Source: Candidatus Thorarchaeota archaeon
GTDB lineage: Archaea; Asgardarchaeota; Thorarchaeia; Thorarchaeales; Thorarchaeaceae
Reading direction: 5' to 3'
Assembly: GCA_048884785.1 (NCBI GenBank)
Contig: JBHLQM010000007.1
Span: 9,567 to 68,146 of the forward strand
DNA: 58,580 nucleotides
This document shows, piece by piece, positions 29,866-40,406 of this stretch (its first letter is position 1; the number at the start of each line of letters is the position of its first letter). The notes beneath the pieces are model-generated. The model searched no databases. It was not told the origin of the DNA and worked only from the letters and a program-made list of their open reading frames with translations. A program made the position numbers and the translations under genes.

Positions 29866-30750
29866 TTGGGCAAAATCATGCTGGTGAATGTTAGAGCACT
29901 TCATGCAGAAGATAACGAGCAAGTTAGAAGGGTTTCAAATAGTGTGTGGGAGGATGACTATATTGCGAACAATTTTCTATCCTGGATTGATGATCCTAGT
30001 TGGCACTTCGTTGGAGTATTCGAGGATGATGACTTAGTATCCTTTACGGCCCTTCAGGAAGTTCCTGGTGCAATATTTGGTTGGATCAAGGGCCTTCGAA
30101 CTGACATAGACCGACAAAGGAAGGGGTATGGGTCACTTGCAGTTAGGCGCGCATTGGAGATTGCGAAAGGCATTGGACTTCATGAAATAAGGTATGTAAC
30201 AGGTTCGAGGAATGAAGCATCTCTTCAACTGGCGTTGAAGCTCGGATTCGAGGTATTTGAAAAAGTGATGTCATTCAGACTAACAAAACCTTTTCCTCCA
30301 AGGCCAAAACCAAGTCCCTCAATTGTTCCATTGAATGCAGATGCAGCAAGAGTCTATGAAGCAGTTCAGCGTTTTCCAGACCTTATGGGAACCCAGACGA
30401 TACCATTCCCATACGAGTTTGAAGAGAAGACTCGTGAGGGATTTGAAAGAGTTGGTAGAAAGGTAGATTTCAAACTCATCATTAGTGACAGTGGTGAAGC
30501 CTTGAGTCTATTCTATATTCGAGATTTTGAGAACGATGGAACAGTGAACAGAAGAGCAACTCTTTTTGCTCGCGATAGAAGCGCGTTTGTTGATACTATC
30601 TCGAGAATTATTGAAGATACTGAAAGGGATGGAATAGAGAGTCTTGGATTCTTGCTTGGTCCCAACGCTTCCGACTGGGTATCATCAATGATGCTGCTGT
30701 CCGAGGAGTATATGAATCGGAGTCTCATCCTTCTGACTCTAAAACTATAA
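29866..30750 (+). CDS. GNAT family acetyltransferase
   Basis: 'GLRT...QRKGYG', 'NEASLQLA.KLGF'. Confidence 0.85.
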   Translation: MGKIMLVNVRALHAEDNEQVRRVSNSVWEDDYIANNFLSWIDDPSWHFVGVFEDDDLVSFTALQEVPGAIFGWIKGLRTDIDRQRKGYGSLAVRRALEIAKGIGLHEIRYVTGSRNEASLQLALKLGFEVFEKVMSFRLTKPFPPRPKPSPSIVPLNADAARVYEAVQRFPDLMGTQTIPFPYEFEEKTREGFERVGRKVDFKLIISDSGEALSLFYIRDFENDGTVNRRATLFARDRSAFVDTISRIIEDTERDGIESLGFLLGPNASDWVSSMMLLSEEYMNRSLILLTLKL

Positions 30751-30808
30751 CTCCCTTCAGAAAGAGTAATTAAGCCCCAAATATGTCTTAGTGAATTCAG
30801 TGATAACA

Positions 30809-31144
30809 ATGGGCGAGAGTGGAATACCAAAAGAAGTAACCTATGCGAGCTACATAATCCTGCTAGATATCTTCACAGGAATTATTGTTAGTGCAATAAT
30901 GTATTACCTCTATGAGGATTGGACTGCAGGTGTTGGGCTCATAATAGCCATTGTGGGAGTCTGGGTATTTCTGGAGATCAAGAAAATGAATCCAACGGCA
31001 TGGCAGTTGGGTATAATACTGAATCTCGCAGGACTAGCCCTTTACTTGTTGGGAAACATTATGGTGGGACTTTCAGGTGCTCTACTGTGTTTGATATCAG
31101 TGATTTACCTGTACTCACCAGCTGTTAGACAACACTTCCAATAG
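30809..31144 (+). CDS. Small 4-TM membrane protein
   Basis: Hydrophobic ORF ending 'YLYSPAVRQHF'. Confidence 0.7.
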   Translation: MGESGIPKEVTYASYIILLDIFTGIIVSAIMYYLYEDWTAGVGLIIAIVGVWVFLEIKKMNPTAWQLGIILNLAGLALYLLGNIMVGLSGALLCLISVIYLYSPAVRQHFQ

Positions 31145-31192
31145 GTCCAGTACATCTCGGGTGACATACTAATGGCACCCGAGTCATTTCTT

Positions 31193-31705
31193 TCAGTCTG
31201 GCTCATCCAGACCTAGAGCTGCATCTGTTTCTTCTTCAAAATCATAGAGCACTGACCATTGTGGTGAATAATAGATTGGTTCGTGGTCACGTTCCTCCAA
31301 CTGGAGTCCCTCTGTGTTAGCAATAGCCTTTCGTACTGTAAATGATTTGGCTCCATCCCAACGCAAGTACGCATTCAAATCAAATGAAAAATTGCCCTGA
31401 AACACACCACACGGTCCTCCACAGAATATCTGCTCCCCTCGAATCTCAAGAACACCACCACAGTATTTGCAGATTGCGTCACGACCGTGTGCATAGATTC
31501 GACCATCTATTATCTGAACAAAGAGAACCGTATCATCCCCTTCAAAGACACCCCATACCTCGCCACCATGAATGACCTTCCGCCATAGTTTAGCAGGAGG
31601 TCGCCTATCTGACTTGATTTTTGGAGGTTTAGAATGGTTAACCTTCTTATCACTTGGGGAAGCATTTTCAAAGTCAGTTAGTCGGGTCTGAACAGTCTTT
31701 TTCAC
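31193..31705 (-). CDS. Hypothetical zinc-ribbon protein with N-terminal PIP-box-like motif
   Basis: 'QTRLTDF' at residues 6-12; CKYC...CGGPC. Confidence 0.7.
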   Translation of the reverse strand: MKKTVQTRLTDFENASPSDKKVNHSKPPKIKSDRRPPAKLWRKVIHGGEVWGVFEGDDTVLFVQIIDGRIYAHGRDAICKYCGGVLEIRGEQIFCGGPCGVFQGNFSFDLNAYLRWDGAKSFTVRKAIANTEGLQLEERDHEPIYYSPQWSVLYDFEEETDAALGLDEPD

Positions 31706-31794
31706 ATATCCTTGTGAACTATGACCCTAAATAAACACCAAGAAATACGTACATATCTAGATTCAATACTCGATATAGAGGATGTTCGCTATTG

Positions 31795-32628
31795 CTAAAC
31801 ACCTGTGCCATAAACCACTTTGACATAGAGATTGTCAATGGCTTGGCGAGTCAAGTCAAATTCCTTCTCCGCTCGCACAAGAAAATCACTCCACATGTTC
31901 ACTAGGGCAGCGGCGCGTCTTCGAGAATCGGCTTCAGATATTTCAGTCACAATCATCGCTTCTCTAATGTTATCCTCAAAACCATCAGGTAGCCAATCGA
32001 GCATCCTAGTATAGAAATACCGCCATTTGGGTGCAGGGAGAAAGGAACGATTCAAAGAATACACGAGTTCGAGAAGCATATCGATCCCATAGTTTACAGA
32101 GTACTCTGCTGAAATCAAATCGTCACGGTCAATCCAAAGATCAATCATGGTAGGAGCGTATTCCTCAGTACCTGAACAATACCATGTGAAATAGATCATA
32201 TTCTTGGCAATTCGTACCTTCCATGTATCTTCATCCATATACAGTATTTGTTTCAATGCTGCTGCGACATTTCCTGTTCTATCAAAAGCCAATTCAGAGT
32301 GTAAGAAATCCCATCTCTGATATTCATCCCAATCCCGTTTTCTGAAATCATCTATCAAGTATACCTCTACATCCATCTCGACATGCGACCTGTCTTCCAG
32401 AGTAGCTGAAATAGAGGGGAGAAAATCTTTAGTAAATGGATCTTCATTGTTCATCAATACGATAATATCAACATCTGAGTATTTGTCAGCGAATCCCCTT
32501 GCCAATCCGCCAATATACAGAATACCCTCAACCGAAGTGAAGTGAGAAACCCTCTCATTAAACTCTTTGGCAATCATTCTGAAAGTATCTATCTTGTTTT
32601 CTCCTCTCATCCCAAACATTGCTTCCAA
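31795..32628 (-). CDS. Pol-beta-superfamily nucleotidyltransferase (DUF4037-like)
   Basis: 'GGLARGFADKYSDVDI' plus 'LN..F.PAPKW'. Confidence 0.8.
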   Translation of the reverse strand: MEAMFGMRGENKIDTFRMIAKEFNERVSHFTSVEGILYIGGLARGFADKYSDVDIIVLMNNEDPFTKDFLPSISATLEDRSHVEMDVEVYLIDDFRKRDWDEYQRWDFLHSELAFDRTGNVAAALKQILYMDEDTWKVRIAKNMIYFTWYCSGTEEYAPTMIDLWIDRDDLISAEYSVNYGIDMLLELVYSLNRSFLPAPKWRYFYTRMLDWLPDGFEDNIREAMIVTEISEADSRRRAAALVNMWSDFLVRAEKEFDLTRQAIDNLYVKVVYGTGV

Positions 32629-32633
32629 TTCTC

Positions 32634-32972
32634 CTACAGAGCAGCATGGATATTTTCTAATCTCTCCCTGGCGGAATCCCCAGCTTGCATCAACCAGGTA
32701 GAGAGTGTATTGCAGATATAGTCTTTACAGTGCGCGCATGTTTCAACTCCCTTCTGACTGGCACACGCACGAACTATACATTGACTGGACCAGCGAAAAT
32801 GAATACCATTCTCAACCTTGCACCCCTCGCAATTGATATCTTCTATACTGACAGGGTATTGAGGTGAGTCCCATTTCTTCTGTGTCTCTACTCTGAGCTT
32901 GTTGTCATTATTTATCCTCGCAACAAACGCTGGACATTCCTCACAATCTAAACCACAATATGCCATTTCCAT
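32634..32972 (-). CDS. DUF3795-like Cys-rich protein
   Basis: YCGLDC..CP, CEGC, C.VR.CA..KGVETCAHC..Y.C. Confidence 0.85.
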   Translation of the reverse strand: MEMAYCGLDCEECPAFVARINNDNKLRVETQKKWDSPQYPVSIEDINCEGCKVENGIHFRWSSQCIVRACASQKGVETCAHCKDYICNTLSTWLMQAGDSARERLENIHAAL

Positions 32973-33093
32973 TTTTCGTCATATTGGAAAAAGAAGCATT
33001 GCGATTGTTGCAGTACTCATATTCTTGAAATATGGATCAATTTTGACTTGTAGGGGGAAAAAAAAGACCCTGTAATTATGCATCTATCTGTTC

Positions 33094-34056
33094 TTAGATA
33101 GATAGATCTGCTACCAATTCCAGTAAATAATTCTCAAGATCCTTATGCTTCGCAGTTTCAACAAATGGAGTCTTAGAAAATTCACCTCGAACCTCGCCTA
33201 TCATGAATCCAGTTTCTCCTTTTTTAATGCAATCAATCGCAAATGCACCCAATTTTGTTGCTAGTATTCTATCCTGACGAGATGGATTCCCGCCCCGCTG
33301 TATATAACCCAATACCGAAACTCTGCATTCTTCACCAACCATCATAGATAGCTTCTTGCTTATTTCCACAGCATTTCCTTCTTCATCACCCTCGGCAACA
33401 ATGATGAATGCAAAGTTCTTTCCTCTTTTCCTTCCAGCTGCAATGTCCTCTGCTATTGCATTCAAATCTGTTGGAGTTTCAGGAATTACTATTGCCTCTG
33501 CGCCGCAAGAAATCCCAACATCTAGAGCAATAGCACCTGAATGTCGACCCATCACCTCGATTAGAAAGAACCTATCAAAGGATTGTGCCGTATCACGGAT
33601 TTTGTCCACCGCATCTATTGCATTGTTGACAGCTGTATCAAAGCCAATACTGTAATCTGTGCCATAGACATCATTGTCAATCGTACCAGGCAACCCGATT
33701 ATCAGCCCTTTCCAAACCTGCTGGAGTGCTTCCATAGCTTGCATTGTACCATTTCCACCTATCGCGACCAGCGCACCAAAATCCTCTTCTTCCAGTATTC
33801 TAGCAGCCTTCCTCTGACCTTCCTCTGTTCTGAACTCCTTTGACCTGCCTGTTGTTAGAATGGTACCGCCTCTATGGATAATATTTGCCACAGACCTGGC
33901 CTCCATTCTCGTAAAACGCTTTTCTAAAAGGCCCTGCAATCCGCCAGTTATTCCAATGATTTCAAAGCCCCTGGAAATGCCAACCCTTACAAGAGCACGT
34001 ATACAAGCATTCATGCCAGGGCTGTCTCCGCCGCTGGTGAGGATTCCAACTTTCAT
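33094..34056 (-). CDS. pfkA: ATP-dependent 6-phosphofructokinase (bacterial PfkA family)
   Basis: TSGGDSPGMN, GGNGT, PGTIDND, EVMGR, LGYIQRGG; start ATG 34056. Confidence 0.92.
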   Translation of the reverse strand: MKVGILTSGGDSPGMNACIRALVRVGISRGFEIIGITGGLQGLLEKRFTRMEARSVANIIHRGGTILTTGRSKEFRTEEGQRKAARILEEEDFGALVAIGGNGTMQAMEALQQVWKGLIIGLPGTIDNDVYGTDYSIGFDTAVNNAIDAVDKIRDTAQSFDRFFLIEVMGRHSGAIALDVGISCGAEAIVIPETPTDLNAIAEDIAAGRKRGKNFAFIIVAEGDEEGNAVEISKKLSMMVGEECRVSVLGYIQRGGNPSRQDRILATKLGAFAIDCIKKGETGFMIGEVRGEFSKTPFVETAKHKDLENYLLELVADLSI

Positions 34057-34146
34057 ATTAAGGGCATATTTCTTCATAACAAATAAGCTATGCGGCTGAA
34101 TATCCGCAATACAGTTTCTCAATGAAACAAATGTTCGATCGGTGCA

Positions 34147-34662
34147 TCAAGCTCTCGAAGCAAAGTAATGAAGATAATCTGTACCAGGAACATCATAGCC
34201 AAGCTCTCTGAGGAGTAATGCAAGTTGACCGCGATGATGATTTGCATGCAGAACATACTGAAGAATGAAGTCCATAATGTCAAGCTCAATAGGATTTTCA
34301 GATATGTGCCGGACCAAAACCTTGCCTTGAGGTATGTGCTGAAGCACTCTACTCAGGCGTTCATCATAGTCGTTCCACATTGAAAGAAGCTCAACTCTTT
34401 CTGAATTCAATATTGATTCGTATATCCCTTCATCAGAGGATTCATCCAAGATCCTGAAGCATGTTGCGAGAGCGGCTGTAATATGAGTAGATATCTCTCT
34501 AACATTCCTGCCTGCAATGTTAGTTTCATAGTCAGGCATCCTCATTTCAAGAACAATACTCCGTATTCTTTGATTTGCCCAGTAATGATACATTGCCAAG
34601 TTTTTGAATACCACTTGGTACCACCGGAAGCTAAAGCCACAATGGATATTATTACTCTTCAT
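34147..34662 (-). CDS. DinB/YfiT family protein
   Basis: 'YHYWANQR', 'TH', 'HANHHRGQ'; true start uncertain. Confidence 0.8.
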   Translation of the reverse strand: MKSNNIHCGFSFRWYQVVFKNLAMYHYWANQRIRSIVLEMRMPDYETNIAGRNVREISTHITAALATCFRILDESSDEGIYESILNSERVELLSMWNDYDERLSRVLQHIPQGKVLVRHISENPIELDIMDFILQYVLHANHHRGQLALLLRELGYDVPGTDYLHYFASRA

Positions 34663-34668
34663 ATTACA

Positions 34669-35622
34669 TTAGATGAGACCGCGCAACCTAAGGTAGACAT
34701 AGAATGGAATTGTCAGGACCATACTGGCAAGAAGGACAATCAGAAAGGCAGTGGGCTCATTCATAAACGGCAAGCCAACATTCATGCCATAAATAGATGC
34801 AATTAGTGTTGGAACACTTACTAAAAGAGATACAGCGGTGAGAGTCTTCATTACAGTGTTAAGATTGTGACCAACAATACTGTCGTAGATCTCCATTGCA
34901 TTCTCAATGAGCTCTCTATATATCATACTCAGTTCAATTTGCTGTTGGAGGTCAACTTCAAGTTCCTCAAGACGATCCTCATCAAGTATCATCCTGCCAA
35001 ACCTATGATGACGCTTCATTGCACGGAGGACACGCATGTTCCCTTTTAGTGCAGCATCTACATAGATAGAATCTCGTGAAAGCTGAAAGAATTTGTCCAT
35101 GTGGGAAGGGTAGAGGTCTCGCTGAATATCCTGCTCAGTATTCTTGATAGTTGCCTCAATAATGTCCAGGACAGTTTCGAATGAGTGGATAACAATTTCC
35201 CACTGATTGTAGATTATCTCACTCGCTGCCGTACTCCTCTTAATCACTGTCCTCAGTCTTTTCCTTCGAAGGGGGACGACCTCATGCTGCATCACAATAA
35301 TATCTCGACCATTTGTGAAAATGCCTATAGGCGCAGTCGAATATGCTCTATCGGTACAATTGAGATCCACTGGAACCCTAAGAACAATCATTGTGAACTT
35401 ATCTTCAATTTGTATGCGAGGTCTCTCATCCATGTCAAGCATATCTTGCAGGTCTTCGAGATCCACTTCGAACTTACTTGAGAGGGGTCCAAAGTACTCT
35501 GGTTGAATTCCAATCATTTCTATCAGCAGAGGTTCATCGGGTGCACTCTCTAGGTCAGGATATTTTATTCCGCTTTCTAGTGCCATAATCGTGAAATTGT
35601 ACTCTTTGGACTCGCCACTCAT
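34669..35622 (-). CDS. corA: CorA family Mg2+ transporter
   Basis: 'D.DERPR', 'LNTVMKTLT', 'PTLIASIYGMNV.LP'. Confidence 0.9.
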   Translation of the reverse strand: MSGESKEYNFTIMALESGIKYPDLESAPDEPLLIEMIGIQPEYFGPLSSKFEVDLEDLQDMLDMDERPRIQIEDKFTMIVLRVPVDLNCTDRAYSTAPIGIFTNGRDIIVMQHEVVPLRRKRLRTVIKRSTAASEIIYNQWEIVIHSFETVLDIIEATIKNTEQDIQRDLYPSHMDKFFQLSRDSIYVDAALKGNMRVLRAMKRHHRFGRMILDEDRLEELEVDLQQQIELSMIYRELIENAMEIYDSIVGHNLNTVMKTLTAVSLLVSVPTLIASIYGMNVGLPFMNEPTAFLIVLLASMVLTIPFYVYLRLRGLI

Positions 35623-35768
35623 TTCTTTTCACCTCTTGACAAGTTCTACATAGCTGATAGCAATCAGGTATTTGGTTTGGAATATTACACTAGGTTTCCG
35701 CGCAAGGTAAGACTCCGAATTTAATCAGGATATAATCCTAACCGACCTGGGGTACTGATATCAGTAAC

Positions 35769-37085
35769 TCAGATTACCACGCTTTCAATTTCCACTTTTC
35801 GGTTCTTGATGCTGAGTGTGTCAGAGTCTATCTTTTTGCCCCCGAAGAGCTCTGCCTCCGGCAAACCTCGATATAATGCATCTGCTATTCGTCCCATTGC
35901 ATCTGCTTTCATTATTCCAGAGCCGCTTGCGCCATTTGCCACTAGCACGCCATTTTCATAATACACAAACGGAATCGCATCCGGAGAATAACAATAGCCT
36001 CCGGCCCAGCTATTCACAGGTCGAGTCGAAGCAAAGGCAGGAAAATATTTGGAAAGCACTGGAAATACACTGTTTTCGTAGTAGGCGCTCTCTGGAACCA
36101 TATCCTCATCTGTTTGGATATACTTGTATGCCCGACCCAGTTTGTCCCCGCACCCAATCCAGAAACCCTTCTCTTGCATTTGAGGCCTGAAGTAAACGCC
36201 AGCGCTGGGCAAAATGATGAATGGGCACATTCCAAGATCGTTGAATCCCTTTGTATTCAATAGTCCTTCTAGTTCTTTGTTGTCATTTCCATGAACAACA
36301 TAGATGTGCCTTTTCTTTCCCTTTGTTCTGCTGTCCATTCCAATCGGATCAAGTAGCTCGTTTGCCCATGCGCCTGTGGCAAGTACAATGCACTTCGCGT
36401 GGAATTCTCCTTTGTCTGTCTTTACACCGACGACCTTCTTCTGCTGCCATGCAAATGGCTCACCAGGAAGGTCAAGCTTTGGGTCAGCCTCAAGGATGAG
36501 TTTTTCGACGTCTATACCGAAACGTGGCTTAACCTTACTCATTTTCTTGAATTCCTCAAAGTAGAATTCGACATATCGGGTTGGGTCTAAAACGCCACAA
36601 TCTGGCCCAAAAAGACCATAGTCAACTTCTTTGAGATGCATAAGTTCTGCTTCTTCATCCCCGTGAAAATCCACGTTGAGAGAAGGAATCAACTCTTTGA
36701 GTTCCTTTTTATTGTAGACCCTGTAATTGACCTCCGAAGCCTCCATTCTCTTCATCCAAAGTTGCACACTTTCACTGTTGAATTGAGATTCATTCAAAAG
36801 CCATAGATAGCCACACTTTTCAAAAAGCAGTTCGAAACCCAAGTCTTTTTGCACATGCTCGATGAATTTTATCGATGAGTCAGTCAAAAGCTGGTTTGTT
36901 GAAGAAGCAAACATATTCCTTACTGCGGCAGCACTCATTGCTGTATTTGCCTGTCCTGCTGCAAGGTATCTATCAACAAGCAGAATTGCTTTGTCAGGAT
37001 TGTTCTTCTGCAGATAGTATGCTGTTGCAACGCCGATAATACCAGCACCTACGACAATAATATCAAAGGTTTCGGAATCACTCAT
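35769..37085 (-). CDS. FAD-dependent oxidoreductase (DAO / sarcosine oxidase beta / proline dehydrogenase family)
   Basis: GAGIIG, GYLWL, ATGAW, WAG, SGSGIMKA. Confidence 0.85.
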   Translation of the reverse strand: MSDSETFDIIVVGAGIIGVATAYYLQKNNPDKAILLVDRYLAAGQANTAMSAAAVRNMFASSTNQLLTDSSIKFIEHVQKDLGFELLFEKCGYLWLLNESQFNSESVQLWMKRMEASEVNYRVYNKKELKELIPSLNVDFHGDEEAELMHLKEVDYGLFGPDCGVLDPTRYVEFYFEEFKKMSKVKPRFGIDVEKLILEADPKLDLPGEPFAWQQKKVVGVKTDKGEFHAKCIVLATGAWANELLDPIGMDSRTKGKKRHIYVVHGNDNKELEGLLNTKGFNDLGMCPFIILPSAGVYFRPQMQEKGFWIGCGDKLGRAYKYIQTDEDMVPESAYYENSVFPVLSKYFPAFASTRPVNSWAGGYCYSPDAIPFVYYENGVLVANGASGSGIMKADAMGRIADALYRGLPEAELFGGKKIDSDTLSIKNRKVEIESVVI

Positions 37086-37324
37086 CTACTGGTGCCTCCA
37101 AGCCGTTTCTGGCGTGTTTCACCTCGAACCTTTAACCCTTATGCTTTGAAGACTTCATAGAGATAGAATTGGAGATAAACCTGACCTTTGTGGAGAATGG
37201 ATTTTTGCTCTCACTGTATATTCCTTTTAGTCAAAGCAAATTGATTCTGGAGTCTGTTTGAAGGCACAAGATTATTCTTCTATGGCCTCTCCCAAATTAT
37301 TGCATAAGATGGAGCTAGAATATT

Positions 37325-38617
37325 ATGGATCTCTCATTTCAAGCCAAAAGAATTGTTCCTTCAGCAACCCTAGCAATTAATGAGCAAATTGCTAGTCTCC
37401 GAGAACGCGGAGAACAGGTCTATCATCTGGGTTTTGGTGAATCGCCGTTCCCGGTTCATCCACTTGTACGCAAGGCTTTATGCGATAACTCATGGCGACA
37501 CAGCTATCTTTCCACTCAAGGGATTCTTCAGCTTCGAGAACAGGTATCACAATTCTATAGGGACGTTTTTAATTTGCAGTATTCACCAGAACAAGTCATT
37601 ATTGGTCCTGGAAGCAAACCACTCATGTTTGCAGCGCTTACAGCACTTGATGGCCCTATACTCCTAACTGCACCATCGTGGGTTAGCTATCAGCACATGG
37701 GCCGCTTTCTTTCACGAGATGTGCATCATATTATGACTGACTCGAGCAACTCTTATAGATTGGACCCCGAACTTCTTGCTAATGCTGTTCAGGACCTGTC
37801 GCTAGGTCAAAATGAACAGAAGGTTCTCGTCCTGAACTATCCCTGTAATCCTACCGGGCATAGCTACACAGAGAACCAATTGAAGGGAATTGCAAAAGTA
37901 GCCCGGGAAAATAATATTGCTATATTATCAGACGAGATATATGCCCTCACACGTTTCACAGATCAAGAACATCATAGTATCTCCGAATACTATCCTGAAG
38001 GCACTCTTATTACGAGTGGGCTTTCTAAAGACCGGTCACTAGGAGGGTATCGTCTCGGAACATTACTAATCCCACAAGATGAAAAATCACTTCTCAGGAG
38101 TATCTTGGCTGTTGGAAGCGAGATATGGTCAAGTGTTTCCGCACCCATCCAATATGCCGGTATAGAGGCCTACAGAACAGACACTGGTATTATAGAATAC
38201 ATAAACAACTGCACGATGGTTCACGAACTTGTAACAAGGTATGTCTACAGAAGAATCAGCAAGGTGGGAATATCATGTCCTTATCCGCAAGGAGCTTTCT
38301 ATCTATTTCCAGACTGGAATGATTATAGAACTGAGCTTGCGAATAGGGGGATTGCTACTTCTGGAGAGCTGGCAAGAGTTCTGCTAGAAACCTACCATGT
38401 GGCAACTCTACCTGGAGCTGAATTTGGAATGCCTCCGGAGAATTTATCGTTGCGTCTTGCAACTGTTGACTACGAGGGAGAACAGGCATTAGAATCGTTC
38501 CTAAGTGATGAGGATTCAGCATTGGAGAATCCTGATAGATTTGTTGCAGAAATTGCACCCCGCATCGAGAATGCATGCAGCAAGCTTCAGGAGTTCACTA
38601 TGCATTTTTGCGTTTGA
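37325..38617 (+). CDS. Class I/II PLP-dependent aminotransferase
   Basis: NYPCNPTG, DEIY, SGLSK...GYRLG. Confidence 0.9.
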   Translation: MDLSFQAKRIVPSATLAINEQIASLRERGEQVYHLGFGESPFPVHPLVRKALCDNSWRHSYLSTQGILQLREQVSQFYRDVFNLQYSPEQVIIGPGSKPLMFAALTALDGPILLTAPSWVSYQHMGRFLSRDVHHIMTDSSNSYRLDPELLANAVQDLSLGQNEQKVLVLNYPCNPTGHSYTENQLKGIAKVARENNIAILSDEIYALTRFTDQEHHSISEYYPEGTLITSGLSKDRSLGGYRLGTLLIPQDEKSLLRSILAVGSEIWSSVSAPIQYAGIEAYRTDTGIIEYINNCTMVHELVTRYVYRRISKVGISCPYPQGAFYLFPDWNDYRTELANRGIATSGELARVLLETYHVATLPGAEFGMPPENLSLRLATVDYEGEQALESFLSDEDSALENPDRFVAEIAPRIENACSKLQEFTMHFCV

Positions 38618-38742
38618 ATTAGAACCAGTCACAATGCAGGCCCACTGGAAAATCGAATTCATTGGCAGATACAAGGAATCTAAAATATCAGCGAGCAGAA
38701 GACATATCAAGAATCATGTACAAGTGACCTGGGGGTTAGAGA

Positions 38743-39729
38743 GTGCCCGGTTTAGTAGTTAGAAAGGATAATGGCGATTTACACTGGTACCCGCTCTTTA
38801 GGCAAGATCAGAAGTTTACGTTCTATCCATCCAAGGATTATGGACAAAGAGAAACAGGCTTTAAGGTCGGGAGAGGTTTCAATTTCGAGAAGTACTTGCC
38901 AGGATTTTGGATGACAGGCGGTCAGATGGAAGGACGGCGAAGGATTGGTGGCGGAAACTCGCTAGTAGTTGCTGAGAAAGACGGAGACCTGAAGTTTTAT
39001 AGATTTGAAAATGAAACATTTCTTGTCAGTGGAACAGGAGACAAGGTAGGCAAGGGTTTCAAAAGTAGTTGGGACTTCTATGTCGCGGAATGGATGGCCA
39101 ACGGAACTTCAGATCTTCTCGTGAGAGATGAAGATGGAGACCTCCGCCTATTCCCATGGGACGGGAAGGAGTTTCGAGACCTCGGACGGTCAGAAAATGT
39201 TGGTAAAGGTTTCAAGAAGGATAAATATCCGGACTTGTTCCCAGGATACTGGAGAGGAGGTAAATACCCAGATCTTGTCGCGAGAGAGGAGAATGGGAGT
39301 CTTTGGCTTTACCCGTTTAATGGAGAATCATTTAGAGACGCAGGTGACCGTGAGAGGATAGGGCGCGGCTTCGGTGACCAGTTTACTCATTTTCTCATCG
39401 ATGAATGGATGCAGAATGGAACTCCCGACATGATTGTAAGGGACAAGGGAGGGAGTCTTAAGAGATATGTGTTCGGTAGACAAGGCAATGATTTCAAGTT
39501 TGAAGACGGACCCTACGAAACCGTCGGGAAAGGATTCCATGATGATTGGACATATCTAGTGGGTCATTGGAGAATGCCTGGAAAGCCCGATCTCATCCTT
39601 AGAGATGACGATGATAATATGAGATTCTATCCCTTCGACGAAGGAGAATTCACAGACCTGCCAAAAGGGGATAAGTACATCGGAAAGGGCTGGAAGTTCA
39701 CACATTTCTGGGACTTCTATCCGATTTGA
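38743..39729 (+). CDS. Six-repeat beta-propeller protein (tachylectin/FG-GAP-like repeats)
   Basis: Six roughly 50-aa repeats: DL.vRd.dG.L..YpF...vG(K/R)G(F/W)...W. Confidence 0.75.
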   Translation: MPGLVVRKDNGDLHWYPLFRQDQKFTFYPSKDYGQRETGFKVGRGFNFEKYLPGFWMTGGQMEGRRRIGGGNSLVVAEKDGDLKFYRFENETFLVSGTGDKVGKGFKSSWDFYVAEWMANGTSDLLVRDEDGDLRLFPWDGKEFRDLGRSENVGKGFKKDKYPDLFPGYWRGGKYPDLVAREENGSLWLYPFNGESFRDAGDRERIGRGFGDQFTHFLIDEWMQNGTPDMIVRDKGGSLKRYVFGRQGNDFKFEDGPYETVGKGFHDDWTYLVGHWRMPGKPDLILRDDDDNMRFYPFDEGEFTDLPKGDKYIGKGWKFTHFWDFYPI

Positions 39730-39829
39730 AACTGTGATTGCATCCACGCATCTGCCTCTCATCTGCTCCCAAGTCGTTTCCAATTAATATTAATGCGAGA
39801 GAGCTTCCCATGTAACTGGGTGAAGTTTC

Positions 39830-40288
39830 TTGAGATGGAGCGTTCTTTCAGAACTTCCTGATGACGTTTTTCAACAATGGCAAAAAACTGGCGGCTCTCT
39901 AAATCCAAGCTCAGTTCTGGCATCAATCAATGAAGATGGATCTCCTCGGACAGCGCCCTTTGGTAGTCTCAGAGCTATCTCTCCGAAACTGTTACGTCTT
40001 CTTGTTCATAAATCTCATGACACACTCGCCAACATCGTGAGGGACAATAGGATTATGATAGCTCTTGTTTCTCCTCCGAATACAGCTGCAAGCGTTAAAG
40101 GGATAGCAAGAGTAATTCAACATGAATGGGAGGGTGATAGGCGGTATGCCCTGATTGAGATTGAAGTACTAGAAGTCAAAAACGATATGCCCGTACAAAT
40201 CAAAATCGAATCCGGCATCTCAATATCACCATCAGGTCCATTTCAAGATTGGTGGAACGGTGTGTGGCCTGAATTTGAAAACATATGA
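39830..40288 (+). CDS. Pyridoxamine 5'-phosphate oxidase-like FMN-binding protein
   Basis: 'LASINEDGSP', 'TLANI.RD', 'SVKG.ARV'. Confidence 0.75.
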   Translation: MRWSVLSELPDDVFQQWQKTGGSLNPSSVLASINEDGSPRTAPFGSLRAISPKLLRLLVHKSHDTLANIVRDNRIMIALVSPPNTAASVKGIARVIQHEWEGDRRYALIEIEVLEVKNDMPVQIKIESGISISPSGPFQDWWNGVWPEFENI

Positions 40289-40406
40289 ATCAGAAGACCA
40301 AAGCTCCTGTCCACTCAATAGATATAGTAGTTTAATAATGGAGAATCAAAATGATATTAAGGAGTAGAGGGCCGGAATAGGTCACTCGAATAGAGAGGCC
40401 ACTAGC

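Noticed and set aside
31795-32972. MNT-HEPN toxin-antitoxin pair
   Set aside because: The nucleotidyltransferase is a long DUF4037-like form and its neighbour is a Cys-rich DUF3795-like protein, not a HEPN.
35753-35766. Perfect 14-bp palindrome TACTGATATCAGTA upstream of corA
   Set aside because: Single copy right after a stop codon, with no loop or second site; function unsupported.
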